This document shows, piece by piece, positions 1 to 8,759 of a stretch of DNA of 64,000 nucleotides (position 1 is its first letter; each line of letters opens with the position of its first letter). Origin of the DNA: an uncultured Chloroflexia bacterium (GTDB lineage Bacteria; Chloroflexota; Limnocylindria; Limnocylindrales; CSP1-4); NCBI GenBank assembly GCA_963768655.1, contig CAVYIM010000009.1, positions 96,001-160,000 of the forward strand. The letters are read 5' to 3'. The translations under genes were made by a program, and so were the position numbers. A model generated the notes under the pieces. The model saw only the letters and a list, made by a program, of their open reading frames with translations, searched no databases and was not told the DNA's origin.

Positions 1-175
1 TGGGCAGGACAGTCTCGGCGCGATGGTCGCCGCGCGATAAGGTGCGCCATCTGGCAGAGACGACGGGATCGCGGGGGTTCGTGCCAGCCGCCGGCGGTCT
101 AGCATCGGAAGGCGTGCGCCGTTGCCATTCGCGGGCGGGAATCGGCAGGCGCTCGGCCGGTAGTCGGAGGTTCGG

Positions 176-1408
176 GTGAAGTTCGAGCTCGTTCGCGAGA
201 GGCTGCGGGCGCTGCCGCGCGAGCTGCCGGCGGCGCCAGCCATCCTGACGCCGGTCCGCATCGACTCGCCCGAGCCCCTGTTCCTGCACCGGCCCGTGGC
301 GCCGGTCAGGCAGGCGGCCGTGCTCGTGCTGCTCTTCCCTGATGAGGACGGCGAGGGGCGCGTCTTGCTGACGGCCCGCGTGCCGGAGCTGAGCTCGCAT
401 GCCGGCGAGGTCAGCTTCCCCGGCGGCTCGGCCGAGCCGGGCGACGTGGACCCCGTCGCCACGGCGCTGCGGGAGTCGGCCGAGGAGATAGCCCTCGATC
501 CGAAGGCCTGCGGCCTGCGGGTCATCGGCCCGCTCGAGCGCTTCGACATCTCCGTGTCGGGGTTCCGCGTGACGCCGGTGCTCGCGGTCGCCGACCGCCG
601 TCCGGCATGCCGCCCCAACGCGGACGAGGTCGCCCGCATCATCGAGCCGCCGGTCGAGGCTTTCCTACCTGACGCACCCGTCGAGCTCGAAGAGCGGGTC
701 ATCCGCGAGCGCTTGATCAGATATGGCGTCTACCCGGTCGAAGGCGAGCGCGTCTGGGGCGCCACCGCCCGAATGCTCGGCCAGCTCGGCGTGCTCCTGG
801 CGACAGAGCCGGCCACGATCCCGGCCGCGATCCCGGCCACGACCCCGGCGGCAGAGCCGGCCACGGCCCCGGCGACCGACAGCGGGGAGCCGGCGTCCGT
901 TCCGACCGAGGAGCCGCGAATCCGCCGCGCGACTCCCGCGGACAGGGCCGGCATCGACGCGTTTCTCGCCGCGATGGCTCCTGAGCTGGTCCGCTCGTTG
1001 CCGCCCGTGTCGGAGCTTTTCGTGGCCGAGATCGCCGGCCGCATCGTGGGCCTGGCAAGCTGGGCCCCGTGGGATCGGCCGCGCCGGGAGGACGAGCCGC
1101 GCGGTTTCGATGGGCTCAGCTTCGATGGAGATGGCCGCCCGCCCGCGGAACTGACCCTGCTCGCGGTGACCCCCAGCCTGCGCGGCCGCGGCGTAGGCCG
1201 CAGTCTGACCGATGCCATCGCCGCCGCCGCCGGCTCGGCCGGATTCCGCCGCCTGTTGGCCTGGACCCTGGCTGACACCGCGATCTCTCCGGCGTCCGTG
1301 GCGGCACGAGCCTACTTCCGCTCGAGCCGTTTCGTGGATCTGGCCGTCGACCGCTGCTACCGGGCCGGCGGGGAGGACCGCCTGATGCTCAGCCGCGCCA
1401 TCGATTGA
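176..1408 (+). CDS. Nudix CoA-pyrophosphatase (NudL-like) fused to C-terminal GNAT acetyltransferase-like domain
   Basis: AAVLVLL..LLTAR..HAGEVSFPGG and Nudix box GGSAEPGDVDPVATALRESAEE, VWGATA; Pro/Ala/Thr linker; GNAT motif A LAVTPSLRGRGVGRSL. Confidence 0.8.
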   Translation: MKFELVRERLRALPRELPAAPAILTPVRIDSPEPLFLHRPVAPVRQAAVLVLLFPDEDGEGRVLLTARVPELSSHAGEVSFPGGSAEPGDVDPVATALRESAEEIALDPKACGLRVIGPLERFDISVSGFRVTPVLAVADRRPACRPNADEVARIIEPPVEAFLPDAPVELEERVIRERLIRYGVYPVEGERVWGATARMLGQLGVLLATEPATIPAAIPATTPAAEPATAPATDSGEPASVPTEEPRIRRATPADRAGIDAFLAAMAPELVRSLPPVSELFVAEIAGRIVGLASWAPWDRPRREDEPRGFDGLSFDGDGRPPAELTLLAVTPSLRGRGVGRSLTDAIAAAAGSAGFRRLLAWTLADTAISPASVAARAYFRSSRFVDLAVDRCYRAGGEDRLMLSRAID

Positions 1409-1531
1409 ACTCGTGCCACCGAGCCGTGGGTCGGAGAAACGCGCCATGGGTGTGATGCGATAGGCTTGCGTCGCCCGCCCCAGACGGATTGGCCGCCTCC
1501 CGGAGCCGGCTACCGGACGAGGAGAACCCAA

Positions 1532-3478
1532 GTGAGGAAGCCGACAGGCTCGCAAGGGGAGCTGACGTCGACTGGACCCAGGGTGCGTGGGCGCAACTCC
1601 AAGGCGGCACTTCTTCTGGCCCTGGCTTTAGGCCTGATCGGCTGTCTGGCACTGGGAATGGCCGGGCCCGCGACGGCTGCGGCGCCGACTCCGACAGCCA
1701 GGCCGACGGAGACCGCCCGGCCGACTCCGACAGCCAGGCCGACGAAGACCGCCCGGCCGACTCCGACAGCCAAGCCGCTGCCGACCTTCGTCGCGGGCCG
1801 CCACGTGTTCGACAACGGCAAGCTGTTCAGCACTCAGTTAGGGAACGCGGCCGGCACGCTGGCCGCTCAGATCGAGAAAGCGGGCGGCGGCCGAGTGATC
1901 ATCTACACCGCGGCCAGCCCTTCGGATCTGCCGAACCCTGATGCCCTGGCCGAAGCCGACCACATCGACGGCATGCTGCTGACCGCCTCGGGCACGGGCG
2001 GGACGCTGACCCTCGGCGCCACGCTCAAAGGCAAGCTCACCTCAGCGCAGATACAGATCCTCGAGGCGCCGATCGGATCGCAGACCGTCCCGAGCTGGAT
2101 GATGAGCACCCTGGCTCGCGCCGGCGCCTTCCTGAGCGGGGCGCACGTCTTCGACGGCGCAGGGGCTCTGACCGCGGCCGGCCACAGGAAGGCCGAGGCG
2201 GCGGCCAAGACCCTCTCGACCCAGCTCAACGCGCCGGTCTACATCGACATCGCGCTCGGTGGAACCAATTCCTCCTCCACGGCCGCCTTCAACGGCGCGT
2301 CGCTTTCGGGCGGCCTGGGCAACGCTCTGGTGATCGCGCTGGCAGTCTCCGGCAACGAGATAGCGGGCTCCATCGACTCGGCTGGCAGCCTGTTCGATAC
2401 GTACCTGACGAGTGCACCATGGACCACCGACACGCTGCCGAACCAGAGCGCGGCCAACGGGGACGTCGAGACCACGCTCCTGGCGGCGATCGGGGCCGTC
2501 CGGCCGCTGCCGACCTTCGTCGCGGGCCGCCACGTGTTCGACAACGGCAAGCTGTTCAGCACTCAGTTAGGGAACGCGGCCGGCACGCTGGCCGCTCAGA
2601 TCGAGAAAGCGGGCGGCGGCCGAGTGATCATCTACACCGCGGCCAGCCCTTCGGATCTGCCGAACCCTGATGCCCTGGCCGAAGCCGACCACATCGACGG
2701 CATGCTGCTGACCGCCTCGGGCACGGGCGGGACGCTGACCCTCGGCGCCACGCTCAAAGGCAAGCTCACCTCAGCGCAGATACAGATCCTCGAGGCGCCG
2801 ATCGGATCGCAGACCGTCCCGAGCTGGATGATGAGCACCCTGGCTCGCGCCGGCGCCTTCCTGAGCGGGGCGCACGTCTTCGACGGCGCAGGGGCTCTGA
2901 CCGCGGCCGGCCACAGGAAGGCCGAGGCGGCGGCCAAGACCCTCTCGACCCAGCTCAACGCGCCGGTCTACATCGACATCGCGCTCGGTGGAACCGATTC
3001 CTCCTCCACGGCCGCCTTCAACGGCGCGTCGCTTTCGGGCGGCCTGGGCAACGCTCTGGTGATCGCGCTGGCAGTCTCCGGCAACGAGATAGCGGGCTCC
3101 ATCGACTCGGCTGGCAGCCTGTTCGATACGTACCTGACGAGTGCACCATGGACCACCGACACGCTGCCGAACCAGAGCGCGGCCAACGGGGACGTCGAGA
3201 CCACGCTCCTGGCGGCGATCGGGGCCGTCGAGGTCAATACGAGCTACACCAGCGGCCCGACTCTCAAGCAGATACTGCCCTGGCTGATCTTCGTCGTCGT
3301 GGTGCTCCTCCTCTCGATCACCGCCCCGTTTCTTTGGGGCCCGTGGCTGGTCGGCAGGCTAAGAGGCACAACGGGGCCGATCGCGGCAGACGTGTCCGGC
3401 GACGCGGTCAGCCCGGTCATCGCCGACGCGGGACCGCCCGCGGCAACGCCTGACGGCGGACCCGAAGCGCCCAAGTAA
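1532..3478 (+). CDS. Secreted, C-terminally membrane-anchored protein with repeated TPM-like domains
   Basis: Signal peptide (ALLLALALGLIGCLALG), PT-rich linker, four HVFD(N/G)xxx(L/F) units resembling TPM domain starts, C-terminal TM helix; GTG 1532 preceded by GGAGA. Confidence 0.65.
   Translation: MRKPTGSQGELTSTGPRVRGRNSKAALLLALALGLIGCLALGMAGPATAAAPTPTARPTETARPTPTARPTKTARPTPTAKPLPTFVAGRHVFDNGKLFSTQLGNAAGTLAAQIEKAGGGRVIIYTAASPSDLPNPDALAEADHIDGMLLTASGTGGTLTLGATLKGKLTSAQIQILEAPIGSQTVPSWMMSTLARAGAFLSGAHVFDGAGALTAAGHRKAEAAAKTLSTQLNAPVYIDIALGGTNSSSTAAFNGASLSGGLGNALVIALAVSGNEIAGSIDSAGSLFDTYLTSAPWTTDTLPNQSAANGDVETTLLAAIGAVRPLPTFVAGRHVFDNGKLFSTQLGNAAGTLAAQIEKAGGGRVIIYTAASPSDLPNPDALAEADHIDGMLLTASGTGGTLTLGATLKGKLTSAQIQILEAPIGSQTVPSWMMSTLARAGAFLSGAHVFDGAGALTAAGHRKAEAAAKTLSTQLNAPVYIDIALGGTDSSSTAAFNGASLSGGLGNALVIALAVSGNEIAGSIDSAGSLFDTYLTSAPWTTDTLPNQSAANGDVETTLLAAIGAVEVNTSYTSGPTLKQILPWLIFVVVVLLLSITAPFLWGPWLVGRLRGTTGPIAADVSGDAVSPVIADAGPPAATPDGGPEAPK
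1684..1773 (+). repeat. 36-nt tandem repeat (~2.5 copies) encoding PTPTARPT(E/K)TAR linker
   Basis: gccgactccgacagccaggccgacg(g/a)agaccgcccg repeated. Confidence 0.9.
1774..3229 (+). repeat. 729-nt in-frame tandem duplication (243 aa x2)
   Basis: Copies start at 1774 and 2503; the only difference I noticed is A2267 vs G2996 (N to D). Confidence 0.95.
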
Positions 3479-3568
3479 CGGTCGGGCCAGACTCGGAAGG
3501 TCCGAAGGCGCCGGCGTGCCGGGCGGAAGTGCGACGCCGCTCCCGGCCGGCGCCTGGTCTGGACGGCT

Positions 3569-4096
3569 CTACCACGGTTCCCGTTCGGGCGATTCGTGGT
3601 CGTCGGGCCGGCCGCCGGGCTCGGACACGAGTCCGCCGCCGGCCGGCCTTCGTTCGGACCTCGATCGGTCGATCGTCCGCAATTCGGCGTTCGAGCCTTC
3701 GGCCTGCTCGGGCGGCCGAGCCGGCTCGGGTCCCTCGACCGCGCCGCCCTCCAGCATCAGCACGCCGTGGTCGTCGACCGCGAACTCCACGACCAGTGCC
3801 CGCATCGGGGTCTGCTCCGTCCATGCGGCGTGGACGACATTCGGGGGCCAGACGACTGCCTCGCCGGCGGCGACACGGGCCCGCTCGTCGCCGACCTGGA
3901 CGAAACCGCCACCCTCGATGACCACGAAGTAGATCAGATGCGGATTGGCGTGTGGCGCCAGCGTCGCATTCGGCCGAAAGGCGAGCTCCGCGATCGAACC
4001 CGTCGCGTCGGAGTGGATCGATTGCCCGTCCACGCCGTGCGTTCCTGCGGGCCCTTCATGACGCCGGTGTCCGATGCCAAACCGGCGGATTTCCAC
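3569..4096 (-). CDS. Cupin domain protein
   Basis: PHANPHLIYFVVIEGGG...AGEAVVWPPNVVHAAW cupin motifs. Confidence 0.75.
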   Translation of the reverse strand: MEIRRFGIGHRRHEGPAGTHGVDGQSIHSDATGSIAELAFRPNATLAPHANPHLIYFVVIEGGGFVQVGDERARVAAGEAVVWPPNVVHAAWTEQTPMRALVVEFAVDDHGVLMLEGGAVEGPEPARPPEQAEGSNAELRTIDRSRSERRPAGGGLVSEPGGRPDDHESPEREPW

Positions 4097-4155
4097 GGTC
4101 TGTCAGGGCCGCCTCGCCGGGGCCGCGCTCGGACGCACGCGATCCGGCCGGGGCA

Positions 4156-4587
4156 CTAGCGGCGCCGGCGCTTGGACCCGGAGACGGGCCGCTTGCGGAT
4201 CGTGGCTTCCGGGTGCGCGGTCTTGGATCGCTGGAAGTAGCGCTGGCGAGCGAGCCGCTCCTCGTACGCCTGGATGAGTGGCGGGAAATGGATGAAGCGG
4301 ATCCAGACGAAGAGGATCGCGCCGCCGACCATCGTGGGCAGGACGAAGATGAAGTCGAAGTTGAAGATCGCGTACATGAGCAGCAGGCAGAACGTCCCGA
4401 TCGAAGTCCAGAGCAGCCATTCGTTCAGGTCCAGGAAGACGGCGTAGTTGCGCAGCCTTCGACCCTGGAAGTTGTAGAAGAAGATCGAGACGGCGAGCAT
4501 GGTCAGCGCAAACATCCACGTGATCGTGAAGATCGGCGCGAAGTTGCTGGGGTCGAACGCGATGAAGAGGTATTGCCACGGCGCCAT
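4156..4587 (-). CDS. Hypothetical membrane protein (3 TM, basic C-tail)
   Basis: Hydrophobic helices, coding-like GC3 bias, GGAGG upstream. Confidence 0.7.
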   Translation of the reverse strand: MAPWQYLFIAFDPSNFAPIFTITWMFALTMLAVSIFFYNFQGRRLRNYAVFLDLNEWLLWTSIGTFCLLLMYAIFNFDFIFVLPTMVGGAILFVWIRFIHFPPLIQAYEERLARQRYFQRSKTAHPEATIRKRPVSGSKRRRR

Positions 4588-4848
4588 GTTCGCGCGGACC
4601 TCCGGGCGTGATCAGTCGATGTGGTCGTGCGACCTGGATGTTCGCCGACCTGCCAGGGCCGGCTTCGAGCGGCGGTGCCGAGACAGGGCCCGGCTGCCGA
4701 CGCCGGCGACCGGGCGCCTGCGATCTCTGCGTCCGCTGAGTATGCCATGACGCGGCGTGTCTGACGTGGCCCCGCGCCGCGGGCGTCTACCGACAGGTCA
4801 CGGGCCGCGATGCGCGAACGCCAGAGTCGTTGGCGACGGGGCCGGCGC

Positions 4849-4854
4849 TATACT
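4849..4854 (+). promoter_or_regulatory. Putative -10 box (TATACT) for purH
   Basis: TATACT ~130 nt upstream of purH start. Confidence 0.4.
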
Positions 4855-4985
4855 CGGCCCAATCCGGCAACCCGGGGCCACCATGCTGCCCGGCGCGCGG
4901 CTCACAGCTTGCCCGAGCGCCTCCGAAAGCAGGGAGGCACCGCGCCCGGGAGCCCCGAATGGCCGGCAGTTGGGAGGTAGGCCTG

Positions 4986-6533
4986 GTGCGAGCCCTGCTC
5001 TCGGTGGCCAACCGCGAGGGCATCGGCCCGTTCGCCCGGGACCTCCTTTCGTTCGGTGTCGAGGTCTACGCCACTGAAGGGACACGCGAGTTCCTCGCCA
5101 ATGAGGGCGTTGCGGTGCGTTCGGTCTCCGAGCTGACCGGCGCGGAGCCGATCGCCGGCGGCCAGGTCAAGACGCTCCACCCGGCGATCTACGCCGGCAT
5201 CCTCGCCCGCCGCGACCAGCCCGCGCAACTCGCCGAGCTCGAAGCCCAGGGAATCGGTCTGATCGATCTGGTGGCCGTCAACGTCAGCCACTTCGCCCCG
5301 CAGGTCGGCACCCGCCTCGTCCCCATCGATGAAGCCATCGAGATGATCGACGTAGGCGGCGCGGCGCTCCTGGCCGCGGCGGCGCGCAACTACGCCGGCG
5401 TGGCGGCGGTCGCGAACCCGGCCCGCTACTCCGCAGTGGTCGGTGAAATCCGGCAGCGCGGCGCCGTCTCGGCCGAGCTGCGCCAAAATCTTGCCGCCGA
5501 GGCATACGGACTGGTCGCCGCGTACCACGCCGAGGTCGCGGCATACCTGTCCAACGTGTGCGGACAGACCTTCCCGAACCGGCTGGCGATGGTCCTCGAA
5601 AAGGTCGACGACCTGCGCTACGGCGAGAACCCCACCCAAACGGCGGCGTTCTACCGCGAGACCACGCATCGCGCCGGCACACTCGCCGACGCCGCTCAGA
5701 TCCAGGGTTCGCGGCCCTCCTTCAACGACCTGCTGGACCTGGACGCGGCCTACGCGTTCGCGATGGATTTCACCTCGCCGACGGCGGTCATCGTCAAGCA
5801 CACCGACCCGGTCGGCCTGGCCTCCGCGGACGAGCTGGTCGAGGCGTACCGCAACGCTCTCGAGACCGACTCGGTGTCGTGCTTCGGGGGGATCGTCGGG
5901 GTCAACCGGGACCTGGACGGCGCCACGGCGCGTGAGATCGCCGCCAACTCGTACGAGGCGGTCGTTGCTCCGTCGTTCAGCCAGGCCGCGGTCGGCATCC
6001 TCGCCCAGAAGCCGCAACTCCGGCTCCTCGCCGTGCCGGCGAGCCCCAGCGACGGCCCGCGCGACTACGGCATCGCCAACCTGGACTTCAAGCGCATCGC
6101 CGGTGGGCTGCTCGTGGAGGCGAAGGACGAGCTCGGGCTCGACAAGACGCAGCTCCACGTCGTGACGAAGCGAAGGCCCACGCTCGAAGAGCTGACCGAC
6201 CTGCTGTTCGCCTGGCGGACCGTCCGCCACGTCCGGTCGAACGCGATCGTGCTGGCGCGCAACGCCTCGACGGTTGGCATCGGGGCGGCCCAGGCGAGCC
6301 GCCAGACGGCCGTCGAGATCGCCCTGCGGCGAGCCGGCGATCGGGCCAGGATGTCGGTCATGGCCAGCGACGCCTACTTCCCGTTCCCCGACGGGATCCA
6401 GTTCGCGGCCCAGGCCGGTGTCACGGCGATCATCCAGCCCGGCGGCTCGATCCGAGACGACATGGCCATCGAGGTCGCCGACCGCCACCACATGGCGATG
6501 GTCTTCACGGGGCGGCGCCACTTCCGCCACTGA
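4986..6533 (+). CDS. purH: Bifunctional AICAR transformylase/IMP cyclohydrolase
   Basis: RALLSV, GQVKTLHP, IDVGG, LRYGENP, IVKH, ASDAYFPF, IIQPGGSIRD, TGRRHFRH; GTG at 4986 after GGGAGG. Confidence 0.97.
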   Translation: MRALLSVANREGIGPFARDLLSFGVEVYATEGTREFLANEGVAVRSVSELTGAEPIAGGQVKTLHPAIYAGILARRDQPAQLAELEAQGIGLIDLVAVNVSHFAPQVGTRLVPIDEAIEMIDVGGAALLAAAARNYAGVAAVANPARYSAVVGEIRQRGAVSAELRQNLAAEAYGLVAAYHAEVAAYLSNVCGQTFPNRLAMVLEKVDDLRYGENPTQTAAFYRETTHRAGTLADAAQIQGSRPSFNDLLDLDAAYAFAMDFTSPTAVIVKHTDPVGLASADELVEAYRNALETDSVSCFGGIVGVNRDLDGATAREIAANSYEAVVAPSFSQAAVGILAQKPQLRLLAVPASPSDGPRDYGIANLDFKRIAGGLLVEAKDELGLDKTQLHVVTKRRPTLEELTDLLFAWRTVRHVRSNAIVLARNASTVGIGAAQASRQTAVEIALRRAGDRARMSVMASDAYFPFPDGIQFAAQAGVTAIIQPGGSIRDDMAIEVADRHHMAMVFTGRRHFRH

Positions 6534-6711
6534 GCGGGCGCGGGGCCGGGGCGGAGTGTCGGCCTCCACCGCGTCGGCGTCGTGCTTCTTCTCGAGATCG
6601 AGTGATCCGGCAGGCCCGGTCATCCGAATCAGAGGGTGACAGCCGATCGGAACCTGACGGGCCGATCGGTCGGTCGGAGGAAGGGAAGCCCGGTCTTCCG
6701 GGCGGAGGGGA

Positions 6712-6769
6712 CGAAACGGGCGACAGGTCGGTGCCCAGACAGCCGACGAGGGCCCTGTCGCCCGTTTCG
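6712..6769. repeat. Intergenic 16-bp perfect inverted repeat (hairpin)
   Basis: cgaaacgggcgacagg (6712-6727) / cctgtcgcccgtttcg (6754-6769). Confidence 0.8.
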
Positions 6770-6861
6770 CATACCTGGGGCATCCACGGACTTCGGCGGC
6801 TGGTACGCTTCGGGCAAGGAGCCCCGGGCCCCGAGGCTCGATCGGCCGGGGAGGGTGCGAA

Positions 6862-7668
6862 ATGGGACGGCTCATCGCCAGGCTCGCAGCCGTGACGTTG
6901 CTGCTGGGCCTCCTGCCGCTGACCGCGGGCGCGTGCGACATCGGCTGCGCCTGCGCGTTGCCACCAACTCGCCCGCCCGGCTGGACGCCGCCCCCGGTCT
7001 CGGAACAGGATGCCGCGACCGCGACCGCCGAATTCGCGGCCGGGCCGACCGGGACGCAGCCGGGCGGGCTTGTGGCCGAACTGACCTACTCGAGCGATGG
7101 CCATCCCGTCTACACGGTGGTGAGTCCGACCGTCGACGCCGTCGTTGAGGCGCAAACGGGCCTGGTGGTTGAGTTCGTGCTGGTGGACGCGCTGCCGGAT
7201 TCGAGCGTGGCCGCAGTCTCCAGCGCCGCAGCGCAGGCTCGAGCAACGTCGTTCCTGAGCGATCGCTCGAGAGACACAGGCATCCTCGTCGCCACGGATA
7301 CGCTCCAAAGCGGAGCCACTTCCGCATATGTAGTGACGTGGGCCGACAAGAGCGGAGGCGCCGGGCAGATATCGGTCTCGGTCAACCCGTCGACGGGCAC
7401 GCCGTTCGCCTTCGTCGACCAGCGGTTCGGAGTTCAGTTCGTTCCGCCGTCCATCGGCGCGGCCGCGGCCGGGCGGCTGGCCCTTGCCGCGGCCTCGACC
7501 GCGGGCGACGTCGTCCTGTCGACGGACTTCCAGTTCGGGTTCGACAGTGCCAGCTGGTCGGTGACCCTGGGCCCGCCGGGCGCCGGTGCGAGCGCCACGC
7601 CGGATCACGGCGCCGTCGTCGATGTCGATGCCGTCACAGGCTCGGTGGCCGTCGCCAAGAGCTGGTAG
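6862..7668 (+). CDS. Hypothetical exported protein / possible lipoprotein, weakly PepSY-like C-terminus
   Basis: Signal peptide ending TAGAC, repeated V(E/N/D)xxTG motifs (VEAQTG, VNPSTG, VDAVTG). Confidence 0.6.
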   Translation: MGRLIARLAAVTLLLGLLPLTAGACDIGCACALPPTRPPGWTPPPVSEQDAATATAEFAAGPTGTQPGGLVAELTYSSDGHPVYTVVSPTVDAVVEAQTGLVVEFVLVDALPDSSVAAVSSAAAQARATSFLSDRSRDTGILVATDTLQSGATSAYVVTWADKSGGAGQISVSVNPSTGTPFAFVDQRFGVQFVPPSIGAAAAGRLALAAASTAGDVVLSTDFQFGFDSASWSVTLGPPGAGASATPDHGAVVDVDAVTGSVAVAKSW

Positions 7669-7954
7669 CGGCCCGCTCGCGCGGGCGAGCGCGCGGCGGA
7701 TCCCGGTCCTGCGCCACGCTCGCGGGCGCCCGCGGCGGACAGAAGTTTCCGGATTCCCACCACGCCGACATCCGGCAAGCCGTGACGCCGGAGATCCGGC
7801 CCGGGCGGCCGCGCGAGGCGCCGGTCACGCTCAAGCGGCGTCCTCGTCGGCTGCCATCCCGGGTTCGTGGACCGTCCGGGCGGCCGGATCCGTGCCGGAC
7901 GACTTCGTCATGTGAATCTGGAAAGAACGCCGGCTGGCCCGCGATCCGGGGGCG

Positions 7955-8665
7955 CTACGCCGGGTCGACCCAGGCGCCCGCGGCCGGGTCCCAGCGCGCC
8001 ACGGGACGCACAGCCGCGACGCCCTCGATTGATTCGCGGCGGGCGCGGGCCTGTTCGACCAATTCGGTCCAGCCGGGCGGGACCAGGTCCGGGGCGAGGT
8101 CCGACAGTGGCGCCAGCACGAAGAGGCGGCGGCCGGCTTCCGGGTGCGGGATCTCCAGCAGGCGCGTGGCCTTGGCCGGATCCGGCGAGCGGCCTTCCTC
8201 CGGCCGCTCCACCAGCACTCGCTCCTCGCCAAAGAGCAACAGATCCAGGTCCAGCTCGCGCGGGCCGTACCGATATCGATCCTGACGCCCGAAGGCGCGC
8301 TCGATCGACTTGAGGGCAAGCAGCAGGGCGATTGGGCCGGTCGGCTCGGGCCGAGGAGCCTCGGACCCGGCCGCCTCCCCCTCCGCCGCCGCGCCGCCAG
8401 TCCCCGCGCCGCCGGCTCTGGCGCGGCTGCTTCCCACGCGGCCGGGTCCTCCGCCGCCCCGGCCGGCCGGCACGTCGAGCGCGATGACCGCGTTGTGGAA
8501 CTCGGGCTGGTCGACGACCTCCACCGGTGCCGTCACGTACAGGCGCGAGACGCCGGCCAAGTAGACGCCGGGCATTGCCGCCAGGGCGTGGACGGCGGCC
8601 GTGAGCGTCGCTCGGGCATCGCCGACGTTGGCCCCGAGCCCGATGTACGCCCGAACCGCTGGCAT
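7955..8665 (-). CDS. folK: 2-amino-4-hydroxy-6-hydroxymethyldihydropteridine diphosphokinase
   Basis: YIGLGANVGD, SRLYVTAP, QPEFHNAV, IERAFGR, RYGPRELDLDLL, IPHP..RLFVLAPL; Gly/Ala-rich insert. Confidence 0.92.
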   Translation of the reverse strand: MPAVRAYIGLGANVGDARATLTAAVHALAAMPGVYLAGVSRLYVTAPVEVVDQPEFHNAVIALDVPAGRGGGGPGRVGSSRARAGGAGTGGAAAEGEAAGSEAPRPEPTGPIALLLALKSIERAFGRQDRYRYGPRELDLDLLLFGEERVLVERPEEGRSPDPAKATRLLEIPHPEAGRRLFVLAPLSDLAPDLVPPGWTELVEQARARRESIEGVAAVRPVARWDPAAGAWVDPA

Positions 8666-8759
8666 GGTCAGCCTCCGTTCCGTCGGCGGCACACGCGTCT
8701 CGCGCCGCCGCGCCGCCGCGCCACATAGCGCCGCGTAACGCCGCGGCTAGACTCCGCTG

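Noticed and set aside
1684-1773. CRISPR-like 36-nt repeats
   Set aside because: No spacers, in-frame coding linker, and no cas genes.
4861-4985. Canonical ZTP (pfl), SAM-I/IV or ykkC riboswitch call
   Set aside because: Only fragments match (CCGGCAACC, GCCCGGGAG) and key consensus blocks are missing; kept only as an unassigned candidate.
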